From Actinomycetota bacterium (lineage in GTDB: Bacteria > Actinomycetota > Acidimicrobiia > Acidimicrobiales > JAMCPL01): DNA of 64,000 nt. Below the pieces are notes generated by a model that saw nothing but the letters and a program-made list of their open reading frames with translations, did not search any database and was not told the origin of the DNA. The stretch spans positions 12,957-76,956 of the forward strand of contig JAMCPL010000006.1 of the NCBI GenBank assembly GCA_023379675.1, in the 5' to 3' direction. A program made the position numbers and the translations under genes. This document shows, one piece after another, positions 10,923 through 21,595 of the stretch. Numbering within the stretch: position 1 is the first letter of the stretch; each line of letters begins with the position of its first letter.

Positions 10923-12119
10923 ATGCCCGCCCGCTTCAAACTTGCTCGCCGTCACCGACAGGCTGCCTTTCCGTCAGATCGGTTCAGGTCCGGGTGGCCG
11001 CGTATACGGTTCGATCGTGATGAGTTGGCTTTCGGTTTGAAGAGTGCAATCGTGCCATGGCTGGCGACGAGGATGATCGTTATTCCAGTCATATTCATGG
11101 TCCGCGAGATCGCAACAAAGGGGCATTTGCCGCTTGCCATGGCCGATGTTGCCAAGGAAGGGCTTTTCAGTTGGGATGCCGGATGGTATGAGCTCATAGC
11201 CGCTCATGGCTACGGAGCGGCGGGACATTCGGCATTGCGATTCTTTCCCCTTGTCCCACTCCTGGCAAGAGGGGTCAGCTATTTGCCGCTCATGAGTGTG
11301 CGCGTTTCCCTGCTGGCTGTTTCCAACCTGTCCGCCCTGCTCGGATTGGCACTTATGGTCATCTTGGTAAAGCAGGAGACTAGGGACAGTGCAACGGCCG
11401 TCCGGAGTGCATGGCTGATGTCGCTTGCCCCGGCCGCCTTCACTTATGTGATGGGGTATGCGGAGGCTACACTGCTTGTTCTCACTGTGGCTACTTTTAT
11501 CATGCTGAGGAACCAGAGATGGTGGTGGGCGATGGTCTTCGGGATCCTGGCGGGGCTCACCAGGCCGATCGGCATCCTGCTTGCGATACCGGCCATCATA
11601 GAGGGACTGCATGAGTTTCGGCAGGCGGCTTTTCGTGAACGGCTTGGCAGGTTGGCGGCGGTGGGTGGAGGACCACTTGGCGTACTGTCCTATCTCGCAT
11701 TTCTGGGGTTTTACTATCACCGCCCGCTGGCGCCAATTACCATAGAGCGGCGGCATCGGGGAGGGTTCACTGATCCGCTGGTCACGCTATACCATGAAGC
11801 GACACTGCTGGCAGGCGGGCATCATCTGGAAGAGGCGTTGCACCTGCCATGGGCGCTGATTGCCATTGCGCTGGTGGCTGTCGCTTTCTGGAAATTGCCT
11901 GCATGCTACGGAGCGTTTGGCGCAGCTGTCGTGCTGGTGGCACTCTCCGGGCAGAACATAGATTCCTTTGAACGTTATGCTATGTCGGCCTTTCCGCTGG
12001 TCATCGCCGGTGCGATGGTTACCTCTGGCCCGAAGATGGAGAGGTACGTACTGGCTATGCTTACCGCCAGCCTCGTGGCGTATTCGACGCTTGGTTTCCT
12101 GCATCTTTACGTACCATGA
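10923..12119 (+). CDS. polytopic membrane glycosyltransferase-like protein (PIG-V / GT-C type mannosyltransferase-like)
   Basis: 398 aa with more than 8 predicted TM segments. The motif FSWDAGWYELIAAHGY resembles the WDxxWYxxIAxxGY signature of PIG-V-like mannosyltransferases. Confidence 0.55.
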   Translation: MPARFKLARRHRQAAFPSDRFRSGWPRIRFDRDELAFGLKSAIVPWLATRMIVIPVIFMVREIATKGHLPLAMADVAKEGLFSWDAGWYELIAAHGYGAAGHSALRFFPLVPLLARGVSYLPLMSVRVSLLAVSNLSALLGLALMVILVKQETRDSATAVRSAWLMSLAPAAFTYVMGYAEATLLVLTVATFIMLRNQRWWWAMVFGILAGLTRPIGILLAIPAIIEGLHEFRQAAFRERLGRLAAVGGGPLGVLSYLAFLGFYYHRPLAPITIERRHRGGFTDPLVTLYHEATLLAGGHHLEEALHLPWALIAIALVAVAFWKLPACYGAFGAAVVLVALSGQNIDSFERYAMSAFPLVIAGAMVTSGPKMERYVLAMLTASLVAYSTLGFLHLYVP

Positions 12120-12244
12120 TGAGTCAGGTCGTTCAGGCTTAGTGCTTTCTTGGCACATGGCATCCTGGCTTCGGTCCTCCTGCGTGACGCTGGTGCCTGT
12201 GGCTACCATCTGTGGCTGGTGGGCTGGTGGGCTGGTGATATAGC

Positions 12245-13087
12245 GTGTTGAACATGGGATCACTGTCCGTACTGGAGATAGAGCGGGATGGGCACACGGC
12301 AATCCTGTGGCTGAACAGGCCGGAGGCGAGGAATGCTATGGCTCCGGAATTCTTCGAAGAGTTGCCGCTTGCGATGGAGGAGCTTTCCTCTGACAGGGAT
12401 GTCAGGGTGGTGATAGTGGCCGCCAGGGGCGAGCATTTCAGTGTGGGGTTGGATCTCAAGGTGGCGATGTCTGGGGAGATGTCTGGCGGGCCGGTAGGCG
12501 TCAAGGGCACATCAATGGCTGCCCGTGCAGCTTCGACCAGGGAGACGGTTTTACGTCTGCAGGCAGCGATTACCAGTGTGGCGCACTGCCCCAAGCCGGT
12601 CATAGCTGTCATCCATGGCTATTGTATTGGTGGGGGTCTCGATCTTGCCTGTGCATGCGATATCCGTATCGCCAGCGAAGACATTATTATTTCGTTACGA
12701 GAGACTCGCATGGCAATGGTGGCGGATCTGGGCAGCCTCCAGCGTCTCCCGTACATAATAGGCAAGGGACATCTGGCGGAGATGGCATTTACCGGAGAGG
12801 ACATGCCGGCAGCGCGAGCAAGGGAGATCGGGCTGGTGAATGATGTATTTCCCGATGCCGGTGAGGCAATGGCGCATGGCCGGAGGCTGGCCGCCAGGAT
12901 AGCCGCCAACCCGCCATTGGCCGTGCAGGGTGCAAAGGCGGTGATCTCCAGGCGCGAAACCGGCGAGGTGGCGGAAGGTCTTGACTATACAGCCACCTGG
13001 AATGCTGGGTTCCTGGCCTCAGACGATTTAGTGGAAGCCATAGCGGCCTTTATCGAAAAGCGCGATCCTCACTTTACCGGTACCTGA
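12245..13087 (+). CDS. enoyl-CoA hydratase/isomerase (crotonase) family protein
   Basis: Crotonase fold signatures: LNRPEARNAM, GEHFSVGLDL and HGYCIGGGLDLACACDIRIA. Confidence 0.85.
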   Translation: MLNMGSLSVLEIERDGHTAILWLNRPEARNAMAPEFFEELPLAMEELSSDRDVRVVIVAARGEHFSVGLDLKVAMSGEMSGGPVGVKGTSMAARAASTRETVLRLQAAITSVAHCPKPVIAVIHGYCIGGGLDLACACDIRIASEDIIISLRETRMAMVADLGSLQRLPYIIGKGHLAEMAFTGEDMPAARAREIGLVNDVFPDAGEAMAHGRRLAARIAANPPLAVQGAKAVISRRETGEVAEGLDYTATWNAGFLASDDLVEAIAAFIEKRDPHFTGT

Positions 13088-13236
13088 CCTGTATCTTTAC
13101 ACGATGTCGCGGATATTGCTGCCGTGCCATTGCCGCCTGCTCACAGTACCGAAACCGTTGCTATTTGAGAGTTGGCCGTGGCGGCGACTGGACACCGAGC
13201 TATTGCCGCATGTTCCCAGTACCGCCGCCGTTGCTA

Positions 13237-15078
13237 TCACTGGCGAACCTGGTTGCCATTACTACTTCTGTTCCCATGACCGCTACCGTTGCAGTTCTCC
13301 TTTTCGAGACTGCCGGCGGCACCGTTCCCGTGGTCGCACACCAGGCTCAGGGATTGCCTTACTGCAGTAGGCACGGGACATGCCTCCTTGGAGATCACGA
13401 TCCGATCCCATCGTGCCGTGATGCCTGCTGTATCGTGCATCCGTTCGATGTCGCGCACCTGTGACGGCTCGACAAAGGCTACTACTGTACCGGATGCTCC
13501 TGCCCTGGCTGTACGTCCGGAACGGTGCAGGTAGTCCTTGTGGGTGTTGGGCGGGTCAAAGTGTACTACTAGGCTGACATCGTCCACATGTATACCTCGT
13601 GCTGCGACATCAGTTGCCACGAGGACGCGTGGCCGGCCTGCAGCGAAACTCGACAGTGCGCGCTGGCGCTGGTTCTGGCTGAGATTGCCGTGGATGGAGG
13701 TGGAGTCCACCCCCGCACGGGTAAGCTGCTTGGCCAGTCTATCTGCTCCGTGTTTTGTCCGTACGAAGAACAGGGTCCGCTCCGGGCGTGCAGCGATTTC
13801 AGCTGCCAGAGTGACTTTGTCCTGTGCGGGCAGGACGAGCGCGCAGTGTTCTGCTGCCTCTACGGCTGAGTTGGCGGTCGCGACAGCGTGTATGGCAGGG
13901 TCAGAAAGGTAGGTGCGCATGAGCCGCTCCACATCTCGGTCCAGAGTGGCGGAGAAGAACATCCGCTGTCCTATCGCCGGCGTAGCATCCAGTATCCGCG
14001 TAACTGCCGGAAGGAAGCCAAGGTCGGCCATGTGGTCAGCCTCGTCGAGCACTGTGATTTCCACGGAATCAATCCTGCAGGCACGGCGTTCGAGTAGGTC
14101 AATGAGCCGGCCTGGCGTGGCGACGACTATGTCCGTTCCTCTCCGTAGACGGTCTATCTGCCTACCTATTGGCGCACCGCCGTATACCGTGGTCACCCGG
14201 ATGCCAACCTCGCTACCGAGTGGAGCGAGCACATCAGCCACCTGCTGCGCCAGTTCGCGGGTGGGAACAAGGACCAGGCCACGCGGTGTTCTTGCTTTCA
14301 CTTCTCCAGCAGCGGCTAGGCGGGCAATCATCGGAAGGCCGAAGGCGAGGGTCTTGCCCGATCCGGTCTGTGCGCGGCCCAACACATCCCGACCAGAGAG
14401 GGCGTCCGGCAAGGCACTTGCCTGGATTGCGAAAGGCGCATGGATACCGCTCCTGGCAAGCGCTGAAACGAGAGATGCGGTAAGTCCGCACTCGGCGAAG
14501 GTGGTTACGATCGGTGCTGTTGCGTCCAGTGCGTTGTCCAGGGAGTGTTCCAGGGAACTGCCCAAATGGTTTTCCCGAGCCACCGTTCCTTTATCTTGGT
14601 GTTTTACGGTGCTGTGGCGATCGGCGAACTGCCTTCCGGTATTGCCCGCCGTCCTGCTCGCACCTGACACTGCACCTGCAAATGCCGGCTTGGAGCTATT
14701 GCGCCTGCCGGGCCGCCTGCCACTGGTACTGCCTGCTGCTCCTGACCCTGCACCTGCACCTGACCCTGACCCTGCACCTGCACCTGCACCTGCAAATGCC
14801 GGCTTGGAGCTATTGCGCCTGCCGGGCCGCCTGCCACTGGTACTGCCTGCTGCTCCTGACCCTGCTCCTGACCCTGCACCTGCACCTGCAAATGCCGGCT
14901 TGGAGCTATTGCGCCTGCCGGGCCGCTGCCTGCTAGGGCTAGCGCCTAGTCCACCGTCTCCGAAAGTAGGTGTCGAGGAGCGGCGATTGGCGGACCGCTG
15001 GGATTTATTACGAAAGGACGCGCGCCCGCGCCCTGCAGTGTCTGGCATGGTATTACTCCATAGTAGTTCGTTGGCCAC
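13237..15078 (-). CDS. DEAD-box ATP-dependent RNA helicase with repeat-rich basic N-terminal extension
   Basis: Q motif region, Walker A AQTGSGKT, motif PTRELA, DEAD box (LDEADHM), SAT, and HRSGRTARAG. The N-terminus carries 3 tandem RPGRRNSSKPAFAGA units. Confidence 0.9.
   Translation of the reverse strand: MANELLWSNTMPDTAGRGRASFRNKSQRSANRRSSTPTFGDGGLGASPSRQRPGRRNSSKPAFAGAGAGSGAGSGAAGSTSGRRPGRRNSSKPAFAGAGAGAGSGSGAGAGSGAAGSTSGRRPGRRNSSKPAFAGAVSGASRTAGNTGRQFADRHSTVKHQDKGTVARENHLGSSLEHSLDNALDATAPIVTTFAECGLTASLVSALARSGIHAPFAIQASALPDALSGRDVLGRAQTGSGKTLAFGLPMIARLAAAGEVKARTPRGLVLVPTRELAQQVADVLAPLGSEVGIRVTTVYGGAPIGRQIDRLRRGTDIVVATPGRLIDLLERRACRIDSVEITVLDEADHMADLGFLPAVTRILDATPAIGQRMFFSATLDRDVERLMRTYLSDPAIHAVATANSAVEAAEHCALVLPAQDKVTLAAEIAARPERTLFFVRTKHGADRLAKQLTRAGVDSTSIHGNLSQNQRQRALSSFAAGRPRVLVATDVAARGIHVDDVSLVVHFDPPNTHKDYLHRSGRTARAGASGTVVAFVEPSQVRDIERMHDTAGITARWDRIVISKEACPVPTAVRQSLSLVCDHGNGAAGSLEKENCNGSGHGNRSSNGNQVRQ
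14672..14935. repeat. three tandem copies (periods 114 and 96 bp) inside the helicase 5' coding region
   Basis: gcaaatgccggcttggagctattgcgcctgccgggccgc... recurs starting near 14678, 14792 and 14888, with (cctgca/cctgac)n spacers between copies. Confidence 0.85.
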
Positions 15079-15519
15079 ATCGTGCTGGAGATGTTTACGG
15101 GTGGCCAGATCCCACAGGTATGGGATCGCCAGGTAACGAAAGAACTACTTGCACAAGCGACCGCGTGGGCCACTCGCCCACTGAGCGATGGCAACGATTG
15201 CCATCAATGTAACTAGTGTATCATATAGCAGTGGCTGGTGCAGTGCAGGCTCTGGGATATTCACTGGGATGAACTAAACGTTGCAGAGTGCCTGGTGGGG
15301 TGGGGTAGGATCGGATCGGCGGCAAGATCCATCTTGGACAGCCATGTGGGTCGGCAACCGAGAAACCGCGGGAGAGACATAGGATCGCTTGTGAATCCGC
15401 TCGGGTGAACACGGCCAGCTGTAGAATGCAGGTTGCGTATGAACTGGATGCATACAGTGTCCAGTATGTATTTCTGTACGATATCAAGTGAGGTGAGTGT
15501 GGATTTTGCTGTAGACAAG

Positions 15520-16635
15520 ATGGGTATTGGTGTTGTGTTCGGAGGTCCTTCCGATGAGCACGATGTGTCTGTACTGACCGGTCTGCAGGCTCTTCATGAG
15601 TTGCATAGGGCCGCCCGGAAGGTGCTGGGCATTTACTGGTCGAAGTCAGGAGAGTTCTATCGTGTACCACCTGTGCTGGAGGCAATGGAGTTTCGGGTCG
15701 GAGTGCCCCGCGTGGCAGAGCCGCTGGTACTGGAGGTTGGACCGCGAGGAGGTTTTGCCCATCGTTCGAGGATGACCAGGAAACATATTCCAATGGATGT
15801 CATAGTCAATTGTTGTCATGGTGGTCCTGGCGAAGATGGGACGCTGCAGGCAATGTTCGAAATGGCTGGACTCAGTTTTACCGGCCAGGGTGTTGCCGGA
15901 TCGGCACTGTCTATGGACAAGCTGGCGTTCCATGGCGTGGTTTCATCAGCAGGGATTCCCGTGCTTCCACGCGTATTGCTGCGTAGCGAATCAGAGAAAT
16001 CCAGGTCAGATGACATTCCATTCGGTCCTCCTTATATAGTGAAACCCAGGTTCGGCGGATCGTCGATAGGGGTGGAGGTGGTTGCCGACCTTGCGACCGC
16101 ACATGGACGCGCCAAGGTAAGCCCGTACCTGCAGCGTGGCGCCGTACTCGAGCCGTACAGGCCCGACCTCGCGGACCTGAACGTGGCGGTGCGATGTTTC
16201 CCGGCAATCGAGTTATCTGCCGTTGAGCGTCCTCTGAGGCAGAGCGATTCAGAGGAGATACTCAGCTACGAAGATAAGTATTCTGGACGGGAGGGCATGG
16301 CCAGCGCTCCACGAGAGCTACCGGCGAAAGTGGACGCAACCGTAATGGCAAATATTATCGACATATCGAGGTCGCTGGTGGATCTGGTTGCATTGCGCGG
16401 GGTTACGCGGGTGGATTTTCTCTGGAATGAAGATGAGCTTTACCTGAATGAGGTCAACTCGATTCCGGGGTCACTAGCCAGGTACCTCTGGATCGATCCT
16501 GAGAGAAGGTTTATCGAGCTTCTTGATGGCATGATCTCCGAAGCGCTGGCGGGCCCAGCAGTTATCTACAGTGCTTTCGGTGCGGACGGGTCCGTTCTCG
16601 AAAAAGCATCGGACATGGCATCCAAGCTCGCATAA
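15520..16635 (+). CDS. ddl: D-alanine--D-alanine ligase family (ATP-grasp) protein
   Basis: N-terminus MGIGVVFGGPSDEHDVSVLTG, ATP-grasp core, and C-terminal NEVNSIPGS. The ORF extends upstream to 15433, but the conserved N-terminus begins at the ATG at 15520. Confidence 0.8.
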   Translation: MGIGVVFGGPSDEHDVSVLTGLQALHELHRAARKVLGIYWSKSGEFYRVPPVLEAMEFRVGVPRVAEPLVLEVGPRGGFAHRSRMTRKHIPMDVIVNCCHGGPGEDGTLQAMFEMAGLSFTGQGVAGSALSMDKLAFHGVVSSAGIPVLPRVLLRSESEKSRSDDIPFGPPYIVKPRFGGSSIGVEVVADLATAHGRAKVSPYLQRGAVLEPYRPDLADLNVAVRCFPAIELSAVERPLRQSDSEEILSYEDKYSGREGMASAPRELPAKVDATVMANIIDISRSLVDLVALRGVTRVDFLWNEDELYLNEVNSIPGSLARYLWIDPERRFIELLDGMISEALAGPAVIYSAFGADGSVLEKASDMASKLA

Positions 16636-16650
16636 TCCGCCTCTGACTGG

Positions 16651-18534
16651 TCATGCCAGGGTACGCCGTTGGCGGCCGCGCAAGCGTCCCCGTTCGGCAT
16701 GGCTGAGCGTGGCTTTGCGAAGCCGGATTGCATCAGGCGTGACTTCCACATACTCGTCCTCTTCGATGAATTCCAATGCTTGTTCCAGCGAGAGCTGGAG
16801 GTGTGGTGTCAACCGTTCGAACTCTTCAGCGGTCGACGAACGCATGTTGGTGAGCTTCTTCTCCTTGGTGGGATTGACGTCCATCTCGTCGGGACGGGAG
16901 TTCTCTCCCACGATCATCCCTTCGTATACTTCTTCGGCAGGGCCAGCGAAGAGCGTTCCTCGTTCTTGCAGCGACATCAAAGCATAGGTGGTTGTTGCTC
17001 CGCGCCGATCAGCCACCATCGAACCGTTTCGCCGGCTGCGCAGTTCTCCATGCCATGGTTCCCATCCGTCAAAGATATGATGGATGATGCCGGTTCCCCT
17101 CGTGCCGGTCAGGAACTCGGTGCGGAAACCAACCAGCCCGCGTGCAGGTATCCGGTATTCCATGCGCACCCAGCCGGTGCCGTGGTTTACCATCTCCAGC
17201 AATTTTCCTTTGCGCAATGCCAGCAACTGCGTTGCCACTCCCAAGTAGTCTTCGGGAATGTCTACGGTCAGGTGTTCCATGGGTTCATGGAGTTGGCCAT
17301 CTATTTCTCTGGTAACGACCTGTGGCTTGCCTATGGTCAGTTCGAAACCTTCGCGACGCATAGTCTCCACTAGGACGGCAAGTTGTAATTCGCCGCGACC
17401 CTGTACCACCCATGTATCTGGGGACGATGCAGGTAGTACTCTTAGAGACACGTTTCCCACCAGTTCGTTATCGAGACGTCCCTTTACAAGGCGTGCAGTC
17501 AGCTTGTTACCACTGGTCCCCGCCAGAGGCGAGGTATTTATTCCAACGGTCATCGATAAGGTTGGCTCGTCTACTGCGATGACATCCAAGGGGTGTGGGT
17601 CGTTGAGGTCAGCCAGGGTTTCGCCTATGGAGATGTCGCTCATGCCTGCTACGGCGACAATCTCGCCAGGGCCGGCCTCGTCAATATCGATCCGGGTCAG
17701 CGCCTCGGTGCCGTATAACTCGGTGATCTTTGTCCGCTCGATACTGCCGTCGAGCCTGCACCAAGCCACCTCTTCGCCTTTGCGCAGGTGGCCGTTGTGG
17801 ATGCGGCAGATAGCCAGCCTGCCCACGTACGGCGAGGCGTCAAGATTGGTTACGAGCGCTTGCAGAGCGTGGTCCGGCGTGAATGCTGGGGCAGGGATGT
17901 ATTTCAGGATTGCCTCGAACAGGGGAACAAGGTCTCCTGATGGCTCAGCAGGGTTGCCGCTTGCCCATCCGGCGCGGGCACAGGCGTAGAGTATAGGAAA
18001 ATCGATCTGGTCCACATCGGCATCGAGGTCCAGGAACAGCTCTTCTATATCATGTACTACGTCCGTGATGCGCGCGTCAGGGCGGTCCACCTTGTTGATT
18101 ACCACGACTACCGGCAAACGTGCCTGAAGTACCTTCCGCAGGACAAACCTGGTCTGGGGAAGCGGACCTTCTGAGGCGTCCACCAGCAGCACCACGCCAT
18201 CGACCATCGAAAGTCCTCGCTCCACCTCGCCTCCAAAGTCCGCATGTCCTGGAGTATCAACTACCGTGATCTTCACTCCTTTGTATCGGACAGAGGTATG
18301 CTTGGCGAGAATGGTGATACCTTTTTCACGTTCAAGATCATTGGAGTCGAGTATGCGATCTGCAACTTCGGCGCCTGCCCTGAAGGCTCCAGTCTGGCGT
18401 AGCATGGCATCGACCAGCGTGGTCTTTCCATGATCTACGTGAGCCACTATGGCTACATTGCGAAGGTCGCCGCGCCAAGCGGTGGTTTCCTGGCGATTAG
18501 GTGTATGGGATGGCGCAACGCGCGAAAGAGTCAT
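16651..18534 (-). CDS. typA: translational GTPase TypA/BipA
   Basis: G1 [10 protein letters not shown]3 DTPGHADF and G4 NKVDR. 627 aa with EF-G-like domain order. Confidence 0.95.
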   Translation of the reverse strand: MTLSRVAPSHTPNRQETTAWRGDLRNVAIVAHVDHGKTTLVDAMLRQTGAFRAGAEVADRILDSNDLEREKGITILAKHTSVRYKGVKITVVDTPGHADFGGEVERGLSMVDGVVLLVDASEGPLPQTRFVLRKVLQARLPVVVVINKVDRPDARITDVVHDIEELFLDLDADVDQIDFPILYACARAGWASGNPAEPSGDLVPLFEAILKYIPAPAFTPDHALQALVTNLDASPYVGRLAICRIHNGHLRKGEEVAWCRLDGSIERTKITELYGTEALTRIDIDEAGPGEIVAVAGMSDISIGETLADLNDPHPLDVIAVDEPTLSMTVGINTSPLAGTSGNKLTARLVKGRLDNELVGNVSLRVLPASSPDTWVVQGRGELQLAVLVETMRREGFELTIGKPQVVTREIDGQLHEPMEHLTVDIPEDYLGVATQLLALRKGKLLEMVNHGTGWVRMEYRIPARGLVGFRTEFLTGTRGTGIIHHIFDGWEPWHGELRSRRNGSMVADRRGATTTYALMSLQERGTLFAGPAEEVYEGMIVGENSRPDEMDVNPTKEKKLTNMRSSTAEEFERLTPHLQLSLEQALEFIEEDEYVEVTPDAIRLRKATLSHAERGRLRGRQRRTLA

Positions 18535-18670
18535 GAAATAATCATGATAGCCGCGTTCGGGTCCCTGTATCTACTTGGAAATGCACTGGACTGGCATACG
18601 AGTTCGCGTACCGGGGAAATGAATGGACTTGGATACGTATTTTTGGCGACCTATGCGATACCGTGACGCG

Positions 18671-19417
18671 TTAGTTGCTGCCCACTTCGAAGGACCGTAG
18701 AAACGACATTATGATCAGCGCCACTGCACCGGGGCGCTCCAGATGGCAGGCATGCCCGGCGCCTGGTATGAGTGCCACTTGAGCATTGTCACCTATGAGC
18801 CGGGCCATCCTGCTTGCGGCATATGCATAGCGGCTGTCCAGCATCCCTGCTACGACAAGAACCGGCATCGCCAGCTCATGAAGGCGATCCCACAAGGGGT
18901 CGCAGGCAGCAGCGCCGCACATCCGTAGGCTGGATGCAAGCCCAGCGGGCGTGTTTCGCATGCGTCGATCAATCATCCTAGCGTGCTGTGGCACGGTGGC
19001 AAAGAGGGGCTGTTCCGTCCAATAATGCAGGAATGCTTCCAGATCCTTGCCTTCCTCCAGTTCCCTGGCCATGGCTTCGTCGGAAACACGGCGCCGATCT
19101 CTTGCAGTCCTGTCCTCTATCCCGCCGTTTGCGGAGACGAGTACCAGTCTTTCTATGGCATCAGGGTTGGATAGTGCCAGATGAAGGCAGATCCTGGCTC
19201 CCAGGGAATATCCTATGTATGTCCCTTTCCCGAAGCTGAGTCCGAGCATTTCAGCTGTGGCCCAAGGACCGGCAGAGATATCAGAGGAGTGGCCGTGCCC
19301 GGGGAGGTCTACCGTGTATATCTCGTTTGAGTCGCCAGCCAGATCCTGCAGGCATCCGGCGAAAGTGCCGAAGCACCTAGCGTTCTGGGTGAATCCATGC
19401 ACGAGTAGTATCCTCAT
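18671..19417 (-). CDS. menH: alpha/beta hydrolase, probable SHCHC synthase
   Basis: The conserved start MRILLVHGF is at 19417, and the longer ORF to 19699 is probably an artefact. Nucleophile elbow GYSLGAR. It is divergently paired with menD. Confidence 0.6.
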   Translation of the reverse strand: MRILLVHGFTQNARCFGTFAGCLQDLAGDSNEIYTVDLPGHGHSSDISAGPWATAEMLGLSFGKGTYIGYSLGARICLHLALSNPDAIERLVLVSANGGIEDRTARDRRRVSDEAMARELEEGKDLEAFLHYWTEQPLFATVPQHARMIDRRMRNTPAGLASSLRMCGAAACDPLWDRLHELAMPVLVVAGMLDSRYAYAASRMARLIGDNAQVALIPGAGHACHLERPGAVALIIMSFLRSFEVGSN

Positions 19418-19582
19418 AATTGTACCTATTGTACCTGTATACCTATCGATGCAATACCTATCGATGCAATGCCGACGGCAACTTCCGAGATGATGAGAGC
19501 ACCAGAGCTGATGATGCAGGATGGCAGGTATTCTGGCAGTCTGGACGCTACGGGAGTATGCTGAGCAGGCGATGGAGTCTAG

Positions 19583-21595
19583 GTGGTCATGAGTACGGAG
19601 GACGATGGAGGTGCAGGCGGCCTGCCTTTTCCGGAGGACGTACAGGCGACGTTCTGCGCAACGCTGGTGGATGAGTGGGTACGTGGAGGAGTGGTGCATG
19701 CCGTCGTTTGCCCCGGGTCACGCTCCACGCCGCTTGCCCTTGCACTGGTGCGCAACTCAAACGTGACCGTACACGTGCGCCTGGACGAGAGATCGGCAGG
19801 CTTTTTCGCGCTGGGCTTGGCGGCGGCAAGCACCCTTCCTGTGGTCGTCTGTGTAACGAGCGGGACTGCTGCGGCCGAGATCCATGCTGCCGTGATCGAA
19901 GCTCATCATCAGGGGGTATCACTTGTGGTATGTACGGCCGACAGGCCTGCAGAGCTCAGACTGGTGGGGGCTCCCCAGACAGTAGATCAAGTTGGTATTT
20001 ATACATCATCCACGAGATTCGCTGTCGATCTACCAGTTCCAGATTGGCCGTTGCGCCATACATGGCGTTCACTGGCTGCCAGGTCTCTGAACGAATCGCT
20101 GTGCAGCCCTTACGGGGCTGGGCCCGTGCACCTGAATCTACAGTTTCGAGAGCCATTGATCGGCCGCGTTCTCGAACTGCCCGGCGGCAGGCCAGCGGGC
20201 AGGACATGGCATTCTACCGCCGGTACCAGATCGACGCTGGATGCCGGCTGGCCATGCGGCGTCTTGCCCGGGGGTGGTGATCAGATTGCAGGACCACTTG
20301 CATCGCTGGTGCGTGGTGGCCTCGTCCAGGCAAGGGGCATTATCGTTGCCGGCCAGCTTTTGCCGCAAGATAGGGAGCAGTCGAAAAGGATTGTGTCGCT
20401 TGCCAGGGCGCTCGAATGGCCACTGCTGGCGGATCCCCTCTCTATGTGCCGGGTGAATCAGCCAGGTGTAATTGCAGGTGCTGACAGTATTGTGGGCGAT
20501 GGATACGCTCGCGAGGCGTTATTGCCAGATATAGTACTGAGATTTGGGCGACCATGGGCATCGAAGGGGATGAACGCCTGGTTGGCTGCTCTGGCGCGTG
20601 ACGGTGTGGAGCAGGTCGTGGTCGATCCTTACTGGGGATGGGTCGATCCGGATAGGACCGCTTCGGTGATGGTAAACCGGAGTGTCGATGTGGTTTGTAA
20701 CTACCTTGCCGGAGAGACCGGCCGGCATGCAGCCGGCGGGGACTGGCTTGGAGTGTGGCAGGCTGCGGAGGATGCAGTTCAGGCTCGTATCGATAGGTGG
20801 TGTGCCGAGCACGATGAAATCACCGGGCCAGGTGTAGCAAGGATGCTGGTATCGTATGCTGGAAATGGCGGGATTCTTGTGGTGTCCTCGTCGCTGCCTG
20901 TCAGGGATGTTGAACGTTACGGTGCCAAAGTATCCGATCCACCAGTGGCGATTGCCAACAGGGGCGCCAATGGCATTGACGGCGTGGTTTCTACCGCCAT
21001 GGGATCAGCGGCAGGGTCAGCTATGGCCGTGCCGCCTTGCCATGTAGTGGCGCTGGTCGGAGACTTGGCGTTCCTCCATGATCTGACTGCTCTCGTCAGA
21101 CCTGCTGATGCGGGTCGATCAGGGCGTCTCACCGTTGTCGTGCTTGACAATGGCGGCGGCGGTATATTCTCATTGCTTCCACAGGCTACGCTGCTGGATC
21201 GTAATACGATGGCGAGGCTTTTTACTACACGCCAGGAACCCGGCATCGAAGAGGTGGCTCGCGGCATGGGAGTCCCTGCCGTTACGGTAGGAACTATGGA
21301 TGCGCTTGCTGCTGCACTTGCAGAGGTGGATGCCGGGGGTGAGTATACATCGGGTGCGGGGAAGGAGGAGAAAGGGCGCCCGGCAAGTACCAGAGGAGTA
21401 GGGGATTCAGATGCAGGAACCTCTGAAGTAAGAGATTCCAGGGTCAGCGGTGTCAGGATCATTCATGCCAAGGCACCTGGGGTGACCACCTCTGCCGAGA
21501 TTTATGCCTCAATACAGAAAGAGCTGGGAGATGCCGCTTGTCATGGTATCGATGCCTACTTGCGCGACAGGCCGCTCAATTCGTGGAATGGGTGA
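19583..21595 (+). CDS. menD: 2-succinyl-5-enolpyruvyl-6-hydroxy-3-cyclohexene-1-carboxylate synthase
   Basis: N-terminal ThDP-enzyme signature FCATLVDEWVRGGVVHAVVCPGSRSTPLA and ThDP-binding GDLAFLHD...NNGGGGIF. It has a roughly 100-aa low-complexity C-terminal extension. Confidence 0.85.
   Translation: MVMSTEDDGGAGGLPFPEDVQATFCATLVDEWVRGGVVHAVVCPGSRSTPLALALVRNSNVTVHVRLDERSAGFFALGLAAASTLPVVVCVTSGTAAAEIHAAVIEAHHQGVSLVVCTADRPAELRLVGAPQTVDQVGIYTSSTRFAVDLPVPDWPLRHTWRSLAARSLNESLCSPYGAGPVHLNLQFREPLIGRVLELPGGRPAGRTWHSTAGTRSTLDAGWPCGVLPGGGDQIAGPLASLVRGGLVQARGIIVAGQLLPQDREQSKRIVSLARALEWPLLADPLSMCRVNQPGVIAGADSIVGDGYAREALLPDIVLRFGRPWASKGMNAWLAALARDGVEQVVVDPYWGWVDPDRTASVMVNRSVDVVCNYLAGETGRHAAGGDWLGVWQAAEDAVQARIDRWCAEHDEITGPGVARMLVSYAGNGGILVVSSSLPVRDVERYGAKVSDPPVAIANRGANGIDGVVSTAMGSAAGSAMAVPPCHVVALVGDLAFLHDLTALVRPADAGRSGRLTVVVLDNGGGGIFSLLPQATLLDRNTMARLFTTRQEPGIEEVARGMGVPAVTVGTMDALAAALAEVDAGGEYTSGAGKEEKGRPASTRGVGDSDAGTSEVRDSRVSGVRIIHAKAPGVTTSAEIYASIQKELGDAACHGIDAYLRDRPLNSWNG

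Noticed and set aside
14514-14936. 140-aa ORF with a striking repeated peptide (LHLQMPAWSYCACRAACHWYCLLLLTL)
   Set aside because: It is simply the opposite-strand translation of the helicase tandem repeats. The repeat is real at the DNA level but this frame is not coding.
13913-15136. 407-aa plus-strand ORF rich in Arg/Pro/Ala/Ser
   Set aside because: It is antisense to the DEAD-box helicase, whose motifs are all present on the minus strand. It is a frame artefact.
15079-15519. 441-nt region between the helicase and ddl with two small hairpins (gtgggc-cactc-gcccac at about 15165-15181, and gatggcaa-cga-ttgccatc at about 15186-15204)
   Set aside because: This is probably helicase 5' UTR structure. 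There is no basis for assigning a specific regulatory RNA class.
19418-19699. N-terminal 94-aa extension of the menH ORF
   Set aside because: The conserved alpha/beta-hydrolase N-terminus (MRILLVHGF) begins at 19417. The extension is Cys/His/Arg-rich, covers the repeat-containing promoter region and overlaps the menD start.
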